Source of the DNA: an uncultured Nitrososphaerota archaeon
Lineage (GTDB): Archaea; Thermoproteota; Nitrososphaeria; Nitrososphaerales; Nitrosopumilaceae
DNA length: 64,000 nt
Assembly (NCBI GenBank): GCA_963824385.1
Contig: CAWGPD010000002.1
Coordinates: 160,001 to 224,000, forward strand
Direction: 5' to 3'
Shown: piece after piece, positions 52,864 through 63,039 of the stretch
How positions within the stretch are numbered: the first letter of the stretch is position 1
Layout: each line of letters opens with the position of its first letter
The notes under the pieces: model-generated
What the model was told of the DNA's origin: nothing
The model's input: the letters and a program-made list of their open reading frames with translations, nothing else
Database searches by the model: none
Position numbers and translations under genes: made by a program

Positions 52864-53616
52864 ATGAAATATCTGAAGGTTGAACAAGAGGAAGAAGTTG
52901 TTCAAATCACCATCAGCAGACAAGATAAACTAAATGCAATGAATCTAGATGTCATGGATGAATTTATTTCTCTATTGGATGAACTTGAAAAAGATTCTTC
53001 ACGAGTAATTATTATCACCGGTGATGGTCCTAAAGCTTTCTCAGCCGGTGCAGATATCGAATATATGAGTAATATCGGACCAACTGAGGCAGAAAAATAT
53101 GCACTTCGAGGACATGAAGTTCTAAACAGAATTGAAAGATTAGAAAAACCTGTAATTGCCGCAGTTAATGGTTATGCATTGGGGGGAGGATGTGAACTTG
53201 CACTCTCATGTGATCTCAGATTTGCTTCACCTAATGCACAACTTGGTCAACCAGAAGTTACATTAGGAATCTGTCCAGGATGGGGAGGTACACAAAGACT
53301 ATTACGAATTGTGGGTCCTGCAAGAGCCAAAGATCTTATATTTTCTGGCAGAAAAATTACAGCAGAAGAAGCATTTTCAATGGGGCTAATAAATAAAATA
53401 TTTCCTTCTGAGAGTTTACTTTCTGAAACTAAAGCATATGCTAAAGTGTTATCAAAAAATAGTAGTTTTGCAATAGGAATTTCTAAGATGCTTGTAAACA
53501 GGGGAACAGATGCTAATCTTGACACCGGATTGAAACTTGAAATCTATTCGTGGGCTGTATGTTTTTCAACAAAAGATAGGGAAGAACGAATGCGTAAATT
53601 CATTGAAAAAAAATAA
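52864..53616 (+). CDS. Enoyl-CoA hydratase (crotonyl-CoA hydratase/3-hydroxypropionyl-CoA dehydratase-like)
   Basis: KLNAMN, AFSAGADI, AVNGYALGGGCELA, QPEV..G..PGWGGTQRL. Confidence 0.9.
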   Translation: MKYLKVEQEEEVVQITISRQDKLNAMNLDVMDEFISLLDELEKDSSRVIIITGDGPKAFSAGADIEYMSNIGPTEAEKYALRGHEVLNRIERLEKPVIAAVNGYALGGGCELALSCDLRFASPNAQLGQPEVTLGICPGWGGTQRLLRIVGPARAKDLIFSGRKITAEEAFSMGLINKIFPSESLLSETKAYAKVLSKNSSFAIGISKMLVNRGTDANLDTGLKLEIYSWAVCFSTKDREERMRKFIEKK

Positions 53617-54531
53617 CTATAATACAAAAGCACCTTTACTTGGCCTGCAAATTATCGTAGTACATTTTATATCAACCGACGCAAATCCCTTTTCCATTGC
53701 TTTACAGATCTTATTATGATCTGCAGATTTTGATGTAAATGAGATTATTGATGGGCCAGCACCGCTTATTGTGACACCTAACGCACCTGCTCCAAGTGCA
53801 TTTGTTTTCACTTTGTCAAAACCTGGAATCAAATGTTTCCTTGCAGGTTCAACAATTACGTCTTTTATTGAATGACCAATTAGTTCCACATCTTTCTTGA
53901 TAAATCCAGCAGTTATTGCAGATGCATTAGAGAGATTCTTCACATAATCTGATAATTTTACTTGTTGAGGCAATACACCTCGGGACACCTCTGTCTTTTT
54001 CTTGGGAACTGTAATTTTTGGTATTGCTATACATAAAACCAAGTCCTTTGGAGGATCAATTCTTATCACATCAAGAGGATCTGTCCTTACTATTACAAAT
54101 CCACCAAGAACTGATGCACTAACATTATCATAATGAATAGATCCTGCACTTGCTCTCTCTCCCATCCCAGCAAATTTTACCAAAGTATTTTGATCAAGTT
54201 CAAGACCAAATAGTGCATTAAATGCAACTGCTGCAGCAGCCGCTGATGCCGCACTACTACCCATTCCAAATCCAGCCGGAACTCCTTTCTTAATTTTAAT
54301 TCGAAGTCCAGATTTTATCTTAAATTTTTTTGACATTTCTTTTATTACTAGTCCTGCAGTATTTTTCTCTGGTTCAAGAGGAACTGATCCTGAACTCTCA
54401 ATGGTAATTTTGTTTCCTTTTTTTGTTAACTGGATCTCATCATAAAATGCATCAAGAGCCAAACCAAATACATCAAAACCAGGACCTAGATTGGCAGTAG
54501 AACATGGTGCTCTTGCAATTATACTTTGCAT
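53617..54531 (-). CDS. thrB: Homoserine kinase
   Basis: STANLGPGFD, P.GFGMGSSAAS, HYDN, ISGAGPS. Confidence 0.95.
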   Translation of the reverse strand: MQSIIARAPCSTANLGPGFDVFGLALDAFYDEIQLTKKGNKITIESSGSVPLEPEKNTAGLVIKEMSKKFKIKSGLRIKIKKGVPAGFGMGSSAASAAAAAVAFNALFGLELDQNTLVKFAGMGERASAGSIHYDNVSASVLGGFVIVRTDPLDVIRIDPPKDLVLCIAIPKITVPKKKTEVSRGVLPQQVKLSDYVKNLSNASAITAGFIKKDVELIGHSIKDVIVEPARKHLIPGFDKVKTNALGAGALGVTISGAGPSIISFTSKSADHNKICKAMEKGFASVDIKCTTIICRPSKGAFVL

Positions 54532-55289
54532 TAATCTTCTACCTCTTCTCCTAAATTGAGTACACGGCTAAGAGCAGCTTGAAGATTAACCATTCCTTCA
54601 CCAGTGGCACTAGAAATTGGAATCATTCCTTGTGCAAATCCTCCTAAATTCAGACTTCTGAGAATATTGGTTGCAAGAACATAGTTTTCACCATCAGCAT
54701 CTTTAGCTAGAGCATCTTCAAGACTTGACATATTTGTTGACCATTTCAGTATGTCTTTAATCTTATCTTCAATAAGATCTGTTTTTGTTAGAACATTTAT
54801 CTGCGATAAACCAAGTCTCAATTTTACTGAAGTAGCAAGTAATGCAATTGAAACAAAATTGGTAGGTGATGTGATCAACGATCCATCATGAAGAAATATT
54901 GATACTTTTTCTTCTATATTCAAGTTTTGTATGAGAAAAGGTCCACTTGCTCTATAGGCAAACAACTCAATTTGACCCGGTGTATCCACTATGAGATAAT
55001 CTGGATTCACATTGTCTACTTCTTTTTGTAGATCATCTATTTTTGATGCAATAAGATCATTTGCCATAATCATGGATCCATTGGGTCCCAGATCATATTG
55101 TTTCATAATCGCTACAATATCGATATAGTCTCTAACATCAATGTCACACGTATATGGTAAATTTTCTACACCTGGATCTAAGTTTAGCATTCCAACAAAG
55201 GCGCCATTTCTAGAATAATAGTCAAGAATTTTAGAAGCTAGTAATGACTTTCCAGATCCTGCAGTTCCGACTAAAAAAATTGCCTTCAT
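54531..55289 (-). CDS. GPN-loop GTPase
   Basis: GTAGSGKS, NLDPG, LGPNG, DTPGQIELF, TKTD. Confidence 0.93.
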   Translation of the reverse strand: MKAIFLVGTAGSGKSLLASKILDYYSRNGAFVGMLNLDPGVENLPYTCDIDVRDYIDIVAIMKQYDLGPNGSMIMANDLIASKIDDLQKEVDNVNPDYLIVDTPGQIELFAYRASGPFLIQNLNIEEKVSIFLHDGSLITSPTNFVSIALLATSVKLRLGLSQINVLTKTDLIEDKIKDILKWSTNMSSLEDALAKDADGENYVLATNILRSLNLGGFAQGMIPISSATGEGMVNLQAALSRVLNLGEEVED

Positions 55290-55347
55290 TTTTCTGATAA
55301 TTTATTTTATGTTGGGCTTATATTTCCATCCATGAGTAAGGCAGGCA

Positions 55348-56364
55348 ATGAATTGGAAACTCCTTGCTATTCCTGTTAGTGTAATTCCATTTCTTATCAT
55401 TGCTATTACATTTAATGTAAGTTTAGAGAATATTCTTGCAATAGGTATCGTACCTTTCGTGGGTGCTTCAATAGCTATGGCAGGCAAGCTATTCACTCAA
55501 GGACTAAAATTTAATTATCTTGTAAAAAAATTCTTGGGTCCTGTAGATGTAAACTGGCGAACAATTTCTGTAAGAGTAGGGAGTGAATTTGTCACATCTA
55601 CTACTCCATCTTTTGTTGGTGGCGAGTTGGTTAGAATAATGTGGTTAGGTAAGAAAGGCGTTCCTATTGGAAAAGCATCTTGGGTAACAATAATTGAGAT
55701 CGTAACTGAAGTACTAGTTTCAGGAGCATTTGCAATTATTGCTGCAGTGATTTCATTTGTAAATGGTGCTTATGCTATAGGAATAACAATTCTTGCAATT
55801 AGTATTCCAATAACAGGACTCTGGTCTACAATGTTCTTTTTATCATCAAAAAGAACATTCCAAGTTCCTGGTTGGGCTTCTAGAATTGCTACGAGGATAG
55901 GAAAAGAACGCTCAGCAAAATATATTGACAAGACCAATCTTTGGATGAAAGAAATTTGTGATATGAGTAGACAAACTCTTCATACAAAAGAAATTAAAAA
56001 AGCATTTGTAGTCTCAATAATAATTTCTATATTTACATGGTCGCTTTATGGTCTTTCTTTTATGATAATTGCAAATGGTGCAGGCTATGTGATAGACTTT
56101 TTCCACTCTCTTATGGCTACAATGGCATCAATTGCTGTTGGTAATTTGCCAATTACTATTGGTGGATCAGGTCTGACTGAATTTTCAATCTGGGCATATT
56201 TGGGACACTTGAATAGCTTGACATTTGAGGCTGCCAAGAATAGTCTCCAATGGAATATTGTTATCGGATGGAGAATAGCAACTTATCATGTTGGTCTTGT
56301 AATAAGCTGGATATTTCTTATGAAAGTAGTCTATCCAAGCATAAAGAAGACTAAAACTGTATAG
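55348..56364 (+). CDS. Flippase-like (lysylphosphatidylglycerol synthase TM) membrane protein
   Basis: TPSFVGGE, LPITIGGSGLTE, WRIATY. Confidence 0.85.
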   Translation: MNWKLLAIPVSVIPFLIIAITFNVSLENILAIGIVPFVGASIAMAGKLFTQGLKFNYLVKKFLGPVDVNWRTISVRVGSEFVTSTTPSFVGGELVRIMWLGKKGVPIGKASWVTIIEIVTEVLVSGAFAIIAAVISFVNGAYAIGITILAISIPITGLWSTMFFLSSKRTFQVPGWASRIATRIGKERSAKYIDKTNLWMKEICDMSRQTLHTKEIKKAFVVSIIISIFTWSLYGLSFMIIANGAGYVIDFFHSLMATMASIAVGNLPITIGGSGLTEFSIWAYLGHLNSLTFEAAKNSLQWNIVIGWRIATYHVGLVISWIFLMKVVYPSIKKTKTV

Positions 56365-56400
56365 AAAGCACTTTATTTTCAAACTTTTAATTTTTAGTAG

Positions 56401-57198
56401 TTGGATTATTCTGGTAAAGTAGTTGTTATCACAGGTGCATCAAGCGGGATTGGCGAACAATCAGCTGAAGAATTTGCAAAATTACACGCCAACGTCATAC
56501 TTGTATCCAGAAATGAAGGAAAGTTAAAGGAAGTGGCAACAAAATTATCAAAATACAAAACGAATGTTTTTGCCTATGCATGCGATATATCCAAAAAAAA
56601 TCAAGTAGAAATAATGGGAAAAATTGTAATTGAAAAGTTTGGTACAGTTGATGTACTTGTAAATAATGCCGGTTTTGGCATACATAATACTGTAAATGAA
56701 ACAAAGATAGAAGAAATGGAATCACAGATGATGACAAATTTCTTTGGGACAATGTATTGTATCAAGGCATTTCTGCCAAAAATGTTAGAACAAAGATCTG
56801 GGCATATTGTCAATGTTGCATCTGTGGCAGGTAGTATAGGAATTCCTGGAATGGCATCTTATTGTGCTTCCAAATTTGCCATGCTTGGATTCTCAGAATC
56901 ATTATTTCATGAACTAAAAGGAACAGGAGTGGGAATAACCATAGTTAGTCCAATAATGGTAAGAACAAATTTTTTTAATCATGCGTCTTTTGGTAAAATG
57001 CCGAGATATTCATCTACATCACTTAGTCCAAAGACTGTGGCAAATGCAGTTGTAAGAGCTGCATCATCTCCTAGACTTGAGATTGTTGTCCCACAATTTG
57101 TAAGATTTGCAATATGGATAAAGCAGACTTTACCTTATTTGACAAACCCAATAATTGGTGGAATCTTTAGAAGATCAATGAAATCTAAAGCGGATTGA
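56401..57198 (+). CDS. SDR family oxidoreductase
   Basis: TGASSGIG, NNAGFG, YCASK. Confidence 0.92.
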   Translation: MDYSGKVVVITGASSGIGEQSAEEFAKLHANVILVSRNEGKLKEVATKLSKYKTNVFAYACDISKKNQVEIMGKIVIEKFGTVDVLVNNAGFGIHNTVNETKIEEMESQMMTNFFGTMYCIKAFLPKMLEQRSGHIVNVASVAGSIGIPGMASYCASKFAMLGFSESLFHELKGTGVGITIVSPIMVRTNFFNHASFGKMPRYSSTSLSPKTVANAVVRAASSPRLEIVVPQFVRFAIWIKQTLPYLTNPIIGGIFRRSMKSKAD

Positions 57199-57209
57199 AA
57201 AAATAATAT

Positions 57210-57611
57210 TTATTCATCTTCTGACTCGTCTTCGCCTGCGGAATCAGAGTCAACATCCATTAGTTCAAGTTCTGTAAGATCAAACTGATAAATAATATCC
57301 GTAGTATCTCCAAACTCCTTTGTGAAAAATTCAATGGTTTTTTTACTCAATGGAGCCTTGAAAGATTTGATTGAAAATTCATAAACAGTTCCCTTCATAA
57401 GGTCTGAAGGCTTTATTTTCTTTGGTAAATTCATTCCTTCTACAATTCTTCTCCCATCTTCAACAGCCTCGTAAAACTGAGCATCAATTTTCATTTCTTT
57501 ATCATAAATCTCAAGTATGTATCCAGTTCTTGTAAGAGATTCTGGTTTACCAAACTTTGGATTCTTTATTTCTTCCAGTATATCCTTTGGAATTTCTTTT
57601 TCTTTTCCCAT
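57210..57611 (-). CDS. Conserved hypothetical protein with acidic tail
   Basis: 133 aa clean ORF. Confidence 0.7.
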   Translation of the reverse strand: MGKEKEIPKDILEEIKNPKFGKPESLTRTGYILEIYDKEMKIDAQFYEAVEDGRRIVEGMNLPKKIKPSDLMKGTVYEFSIKSFKAPLSKKTIEFFTKEFGDTTDIIYQFDLTELELMDVDSDSAGEDESEDE

Positions 57612-57628
57612 TATAGTTCACTTTGTTT

Positions 57629-57859
57629 CTAACCTTGTTTATCTTTCTTACTTGCTGTCCACCAATCACGATATTCATCGTGCTTGTCTTCACGTGTTTT
57701 TTCTCGTTTGTTTAATCTATATCTTATATCACTTACCTGTTCTCTAGTAGCAAACAAGCCACATTTTTTGCAAATGAAATGTTTCGTGTTAGCATCAAAT
57801 TTCATTTCTATGACTACCTCTTTGGCTGCACATTCAGGACATTCAGTCAATGACGGCAA
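57629..57859 (-). CDS. Small zinc-ribbon protein
   Basis: CPEC...CKKCG. Confidence 0.75.
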   Translation of the reverse strand: MPSLTECPECAAKEVVIEMKFDANTKHFICKKCGLFATREQVSDIRYRLNKREKTREDKHDEYRDWWTASKKDKQG

Positions 57860-57895
57860 TCATCAAAGTTATCCATAAAAGCTTTTGGTAAGTTT

Positions 57896-57960
57896 CTGGT
57901 ACGCGGACTATGTCTTCATCCCCAAAGGTCAGTTCGCCCATCTAAAATGCCGCGTACCAG
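57896..57960 (-). ncRNA. Candidate K-turn guide-like sRNA
   Basis: Minus strand CUGGUACGCGG-CAUUUUAGAUGGGCGAA-CUGA-CCUUUGG-GGAUGA-AGACAUAGU-CCGCGUACCAG; TTATAA about 25 nt upstream. Confidence 0.55.
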
Positions 57961-57995
57961 TACTTTATGTTTGTATTAAAAAATTATAATTCTTT

Positions 57996-59228
57996 CTAGT
58001 CTTTCAACATCTCAGAGATTATTTTGGCTGTATTTTTAGTACCATCTGTTTTGTAGTTTTTTGAAAATTCTAAAAGATTTTCTTGATACTTGTTGTAATC
58101 ATGATTGATCTGATGAACCGCTTTGACAGTCTGTTTTACTGTTGTAGCCAAAATTCCAAGATTCTTGTCCTGTGCCCACTTTATCTGATTAGTATGTTCA
58201 TCATACACAGGTATTCCTATGATTGGCTTTGCTTTTCCTCCTAATATCTCCCCCATGGCAGTATGGGAGCCATTAATCACTGCATATTTGCATAAATTCA
58301 GGACCGTATCTTTTTCCTGTTCTGAGAGGAATCCTATGTCCATTCTAATCCAATCTACTTTTTTTTCTAAAGCTTCAGAGATTGAATATGTTTTTCCATC
58401 TTTTCCTAAAACTTTGTCTAATGATGGATCATTATTTGCATGTGAGATGATTCTTCTTTCACTATCCATTTCATGACTTTGAAAAGTCCTTTCATAATTT
58501 TCTAGGGTTATTTTCTTTGTTGATTTATTACCTGTTATCATCCAATATCCAAAATTATCTACATTTTCAATTAATTTTTCTTTATCAGATTTGGGTTTAG
58601 AATGTATTATTCCACCATTTGAAAAATGACCAACATATACAACTTTTTCCTTTAACTTGTCAGGAAAATTAAGATTGTATTCACATATGGTATAAGGTGG
58701 TGGAGAGTCTGCAACTACTATCTTTGTTGCTCTTTCAATATTTTTTGATACATATATCACTCCAGGATAAAGATAAAATCTAGAGGCCCAGAGTTTTGGT
58801 CTAAACTGGTTTGTAATAAAAACACATTTGACGTTTCTTCTTTGTGCAATTGCATTTGATCCCACATCTCCATCATTTATGACAAGATCAAATTTTTGAT
58901 TATTGTAAAGTCTTCCTTCATTTCTTAGGTAGTTAGTTACAACTGAAAGAAGTGGAGGTCTACCATGTAATGGTAAGAGAAAATTAAGTGAAGACAAAGC
59001 AATACTGGGACCTTTTTTACCGTCTATCGGTGTTGGCATCTCTATATTGTGAATTTTATCTTTTTTCTGAGGAAAATTTTGTAATAGCTTTTGATAAATT
59101 TCACCACTGCTTGTATAATGCATCTCAACCTCATCCTTCATCATATCCTGAATAGTCTTGTCCAGGTGCATCATTCTTGTATAATGGCCATTTCCCCAAG
59201 GATAGATGAATCCCCCTATCTTTTTCAT
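57996..59228 (-). CDS. GT-B glycosyltransferase (GT28/MJ1255-like)
   Basis: WGNGHYTR, DLVIND, ITNQ, INGSHTAMGE, PIIGIP...EH..Q. Confidence 0.85.
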   Translation of the reverse strand: MKKIGGFIYPWGNGHYTRMMHLDKTIQDMMKDEVEMHYTSSGEIYQKLLQNFPQKKDKIHNIEMPTPIDGKKGPSIALSSLNFLLPLHGRPPLLSVVTNYLRNEGRLYNNQKFDLVINDGDVGSNAIAQRRNVKCVFITNQFRPKLWASRFYLYPGVIYVSKNIERATKIVVADSPPPYTICEYNLNFPDKLKEKVVYVGHFSNGGIIHSKPKSDKEKLIENVDNFGYWMITGNKSTKKITLENYERTFQSHEMDSERRIISHANNDPSLDKVLGKDGKTYSISEALEKKVDWIRMDIGFLSEQEKDTVLNLCKYAVINGSHTAMGEILGGKAKPIIGIPVYDEHTNQIKWAQDKNLGILATTVKQTVKAVHQINHDYNKYQENLLEFSKNYKTDGTKNTAKIISEMLKD

Positions 59229-59260
59229 ATAGGAAAGGTAAATTTGACCTGTTTAAATTC

Positions 59261-60385
59261 TCAATGATTTGATTTTAATAAATCAATTATATCATGTATA
59301 TTTTTTGGACCGACAGTAATTGATAGATACCTGAGAGTCTTTAGTGCATCTTTTGAATACTTGGATGCTTCAGACTTAGAGATTTTTTTATCACTGAGAT
59401 GTTTTTTACATAGATCTTCTAAATTTGAAATGTATTTTTCTAATCCTATCTCTTTTGCATTTTCTAAAATTCCAGAATCTATACCTGAGAGTGAAAACCA
59501 TGGAATTATCTTATTTTGAAATACCAAGTTTGAGTTGTATTCACAAAATGTTGCTGAAAAAATCATCGGAGATATTCCTAAAGAAATTCTTCCAATCTTT
59601 TCCTTTGATGCCAATGATATCATAATCTGAGTTATTGTGATAATCGTAGTCAGTATGGTTGAAGATCTATTGATCTTACATACACGAAGAGTGATATTTT
59701 TTTCGACTAGTCGTGGTAATATTTTATTTATCATCTTAGCCAATTTGAGCAAATCTGATTCATTACGATAACAAACTAGTATGTTTACTTCAAAACCCAT
59801 CTTTATGGCCTGAAGACAAGATATTGCAGATAGCTCATCATGTATACAACATAGGATTTTTTCTTTTTGTGAGTTGTATGGAAGTCCACTTAACCCCTTG
59901 TCTACAAAGATGCAAACATAGGCAAAGGAATCAGTCAAGTATGTGTATACTAGTCTGTCATAGTTTGATTCAGAGCCTGGTTTTGCTTCAATAGACGTAC
60001 TCTTATCTACCAAAGCAGTAGTTGCCGCAATCTCTAAATCTTTTGCAAGGAATTTTTCTGTTTTTCCATCTACTTTGATGTAAAACCTTTCTCCTTTCAA
60101 AAGTAAACTTAATGCAGTATTTGTAATCATGGATATAACAGAATCAAAATTATTATCTACTTCTTTAGCAATTGCTATTTGCTCTATGCCAAATAACATA
60201 TTTACTGTTGATGATGCAAGTACTGGATCAGCTGCCTCTACAACAATAATTGAACCATTTTTTCGTATGTTGTAATATTGTTGATTTTCTAATTTGAGAA
60301 TTTTTGATATGTTTGATGATAAATTATTTATTTTATTTAATGAATAAATTGATGGAAAAATAACAAGTACTGTTTTTTCTGACAT
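59261..60385 (-). CDS. ThiI-like THUMP protein with degenerate PP-loop
   Basis: LFGIE, THUMP-like F.IKV, GL.GLP, then CIHDELS where ThiI has SGGxDS. Confidence 0.7.
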   Translation of the reverse strand: MSEKTVLVIFPSIYSLNKINNLSSNISKILKLENQQYYNIRKNGSIIVVEAADPVLASSTVNMLFGIEQIAIAKEVDNNFDSVISMITNTALSLLLKGERFYIKVDGKTEKFLAKDLEIAATTALVDKSTSIEAKPGSESNYDRLVYTYLTDSFAYVCIFVDKGLSGLPYNSQKEKILCCIHDELSAISCLQAIKMGFEVNILVCYRNESDLLKLAKMINKILPRLVEKNITLRVCKINRSSTILTTIITITQIMISLASKEKIGRISLGISPMIFSATFCEYNSNLVFQNKIIPWFSLSGIDSGILENAKEIGLEKYISNLEDLCKKHLSDKKISKSEASKYSKDALKTLRYLSITVGPKNIHDIIDLLKSNH

Positions 60386-60472
60386 TCTGTTTTCATTGTT
60401 TTATCTTATTTATAACTCTAGAATGAATATCTTACCTAAATAATTATATGACGAATAAGGACAAATTTTATC

Positions 60473-61192
60473 ATGTCAAAGTTTACTGCTGAACAAATCC
60501 AGCAGTTAAATGGAAATCTGAAAACTCCCCAAGAAGTTCTCAAATGGTCATTAGACAATCTTCATCCTAGAATTGCCATGGCATCAAGCTTTGGTGCAGA
60601 AGATGTAGTTGTAATTGATATGATTTTAAAAATAAACCCAAAAGCAAGAATCTTTACGCTTGATACAGGCAGACTCAATCAAGAAACATATGATGTCATG
60701 GATGAAATACGAAAAAAATACAACGTGAACATAGAAGTTATGTTTCCGGATCAAAATGAAACAGAACAAATGGTTCGTGTCAACGGAATGAATTTATTTT
60801 ATAATAGCATTGGCAACAGAAAACTTTGCTGCGGTATAAGAAAGGTTCATCCTCTCAATAGGATGCTATCAACATTAGATGGATGGATTACAGGATTACG
60901 GGCAGATCAGACTGAGGTGAGATCAAATGCAAATAGAATTGAGGTTGATGAACAGCATAACGGTATAATCAAGATAAATCCAATAATAGAATGGACATGG
61001 GAACAAACCTGGGATTATATCAAGAAAAATAATATTCCATACAACAAATTACATGACAGTGGATTTCCAAGTATTGGGTGTGAACCATGTACACGTGCAA
61101 TCAAACCTGGAGAGCCCTTGCGAGCTGGTCGCTGGTGGTGGGAATCTGATTCACAAAAAGAATGTGGATTGCATGCTGACCACGGTAAGTGA
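60473..61192 (+). CDS. cysH: APS/PAPS reductase (Fe-S type)
   Basis: SSFGAED, LDTG, CCGIRKV.PL, WITGLR, SIGCEPCT, RAGRWW, KECGLH. Confidence 0.95.
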   Translation: MSKFTAEQIQQLNGNLKTPQEVLKWSLDNLHPRIAMASSFGAEDVVVIDMILKINPKARIFTLDTGRLNQETYDVMDEIRKKYNVNIEVMFPDQNETEQMVRVNGMNLFYNSIGNRKLCCGIRKVHPLNRMLSTLDGWITGLRADQTEVRSNANRIEVDEQHNGIIKINPIIEWTWEQTWDYIKKNNIPYNKLHDSGFPSIGCEPCTRAIKPGEPLRAGRWWWESDSQKECGLHADHGK

Positions 61193-61197
61193 TATAA

Positions 61198-62337
61198 TTG
61201 GAAAGTACCGGAATAGCAAAACCACATGGTGGCAAATTAGTAAGTAGAATTACAAAAAAAGATCCAAGTGAATTATTTTCAGTTTCTATTAACACTGATC
61301 TTGCAAATGACGTAGAAAATATAGCTGATGGAATTTTTAGTCCACTTGAGGGATTTTTAGTACAAGAAGACTTTGAGAAGGTAATCACTGGAGGTAGATT
61401 GGCAAATGACTTGCCATGGACAGTCCCAATTGTACTTGATGTTGATAAGGAAATAGTGATAAAGATGAAAGATGCAGGAGATGTTGCTCTAAATGTTGAT
61501 GGGAAAAATTTTGCCATCTTGCATGTTGATGATATTTACAATTTTGATAAAAGCGCTGTTACAAGTGGAGTCTATGGAACATCTGATCCAAAACATCCAG
61601 GTGTAGCAAAAACCATGAGTATGAAGGAATTTCTGGTTGGTGGAAAAATTGACTATGTAAAAAGACCAGATGAGACTCCAATTAGAAGATACAGAAAAAC
61701 TCCTATTGAAACAAGAAATTTCTTTGAAAATGCTGGATGGAAAACGATTGTGGCATTTCAAACAAGAAATGTTCCACACGTAGCACATGAGATGCTTCAA
61801 AAAGCATCTCTTAACACACATGATGGACTGTTTGTAAATCCTCTTGTTGGAAAGAAAAAATCAGGAGACTACAAAGACGAGGTAATAGTTGCTACTTATG
61901 AAACTCTCATTGAACATTATTATCCCAAAAACAGATGTTATCTTGGTACTTTACATACAGAGATGAGATATGCAGGCCCAAAGGAAGCAATCCATCATGC
62001 AATAATGAGAAAAAACTTTGGATGTACTCATATAATAATTGGACGAGACCATGCAGGTGTGGGTACGTACTATGATCCATTTGCTGCACATAAAATATTT
62101 GATTCATATCCTGACATTGGTATAGAACCAATTTTCTTTCCAGCATTTTTCTATTGTAGAAAATGTTTATCATTTGCAAGTGAAAGAAATTGTCCCCATG
62201 GACAGGAATATCAAGAAAGTCTTAGTGGAACAAAACTTAGAGCAATGATTCTTGATAAACAAAATCCATCTGAATATATGATAAGACCTGAAGTATCCAA
62301 AGTGTTAATGAAATGGGATAACCCGTTTGTGGACTAG
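61198..62337 (+). CDS. sat: Sulfate adenylyltransferase
   Basis: [39 protein letters not shown]. Confidence 0.96.
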   Translation: MESTGIAKPHGGKLVSRITKKDPSELFSVSINTDLANDVENIADGIFSPLEGFLVQEDFEKVITGGRLANDLPWTVPIVLDVDKEIVIKMKDAGDVALNVDGKNFAILHVDDIYNFDKSAVTSGVYGTSDPKHPGVAKTMSMKEFLVGGKIDYVKRPDETPIRRYRKTPIETRNFFENAGWKTIVAFQTRNVPHVAHEMLQKASLNTHDGLFVNPLVGKKKSGDYKDEVIVATYETLIEHYYPKNRCYLGTLHTEMRYAGPKEAIHHAIMRKNFGCTHIIIGRDHAGVGTYYDPFAAHKIFDSYPDIGIEPIFFPAFFYCRKCLSFASERNCPHGQEYQESLSGTKLRAMILDKQNPSEYMIRPEVSKVLMKWDNPFVD

Positions 62338-62349
62338 ATTTTTATTGAA

Positions 62350-63039
62350 ATGAATTTAGCACATATTATGAGATTCTTACTAGTTGCTCTTTTGTTAACA
62401 AGCTCATTCTTGCCAGTATATGCACAAGAATCTACAATGAATAAATCTGAACGTTATGATTATCTTGAAGTACCATATAGCGCATTTAATGTTCTAACTA
62501 ATGATTCTACAGTTTACAAGCTTGATCACGAACATGTAACCAACTGGCAAGTCGAGATAGAGAACAAGTTAACATATGTAAATCCTAATTCATCTGCAGT
62601 CATAAGACTATACGAGGATCCAAGCCAGCCAAAATTCATAGAAATTGGTATGGGCAATGCTCCTAACTATCGTTTCTGGGTTGCAGTCAATACTCCAGAA
62701 GATGGATATTTCATAGTACAAGATGACGACAAACTTGGATGGAATCCAAGCCAGCCTATTATTGCAACTCACTCTAGTAGTGGAGGTCTTTCAGTAAGTG
62801 TAGGTCAAAAGGTTGCTGTTGACAATTTGGATATTGCAGGTTTTACAGTTAGAGATGTTACTGTACATGGAATGAATTCACAATATGATTCTCCTCCAGT
62901 AAGTGCTGGTAAGGTAACACTAAGTTTTATCTCAGGAGATCCTTCTCAGAATCCTATCTTCTTTATGCCTATGATAGTCTTGGCAGTTTCAGTAGGCTTG
63001 ATTGTAGTGTTATTGAAAACCAAGAAGAGAACTACCTAG
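62350..63039 (+). CDS. Secreted protein with C-terminal TM anchor
   Basis: Signal peptide, beta-rich domain, C-terminal TM + KTKKR. Confidence 0.7.
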   Translation: MNLAHIMRFLLVALLLTSSFLPVYAQESTMNKSERYDYLEVPYSAFNVLTNDSTVYKLDHEHVTNWQVEIENKLTYVNPNSSAVIRLYEDPSQPKFIEIGMGNAPNYRFWVAVNTPEDGYFIVQDDDKLGWNPSQPIIATHSSSGGLSVSVGQKVAVDNLDIAGFTVRDVTVHGMNSQYDSPPVSAGKVTLSFISGDPSQNPIFFMPMIVLAVSVGLIVVLLKTKKRTT

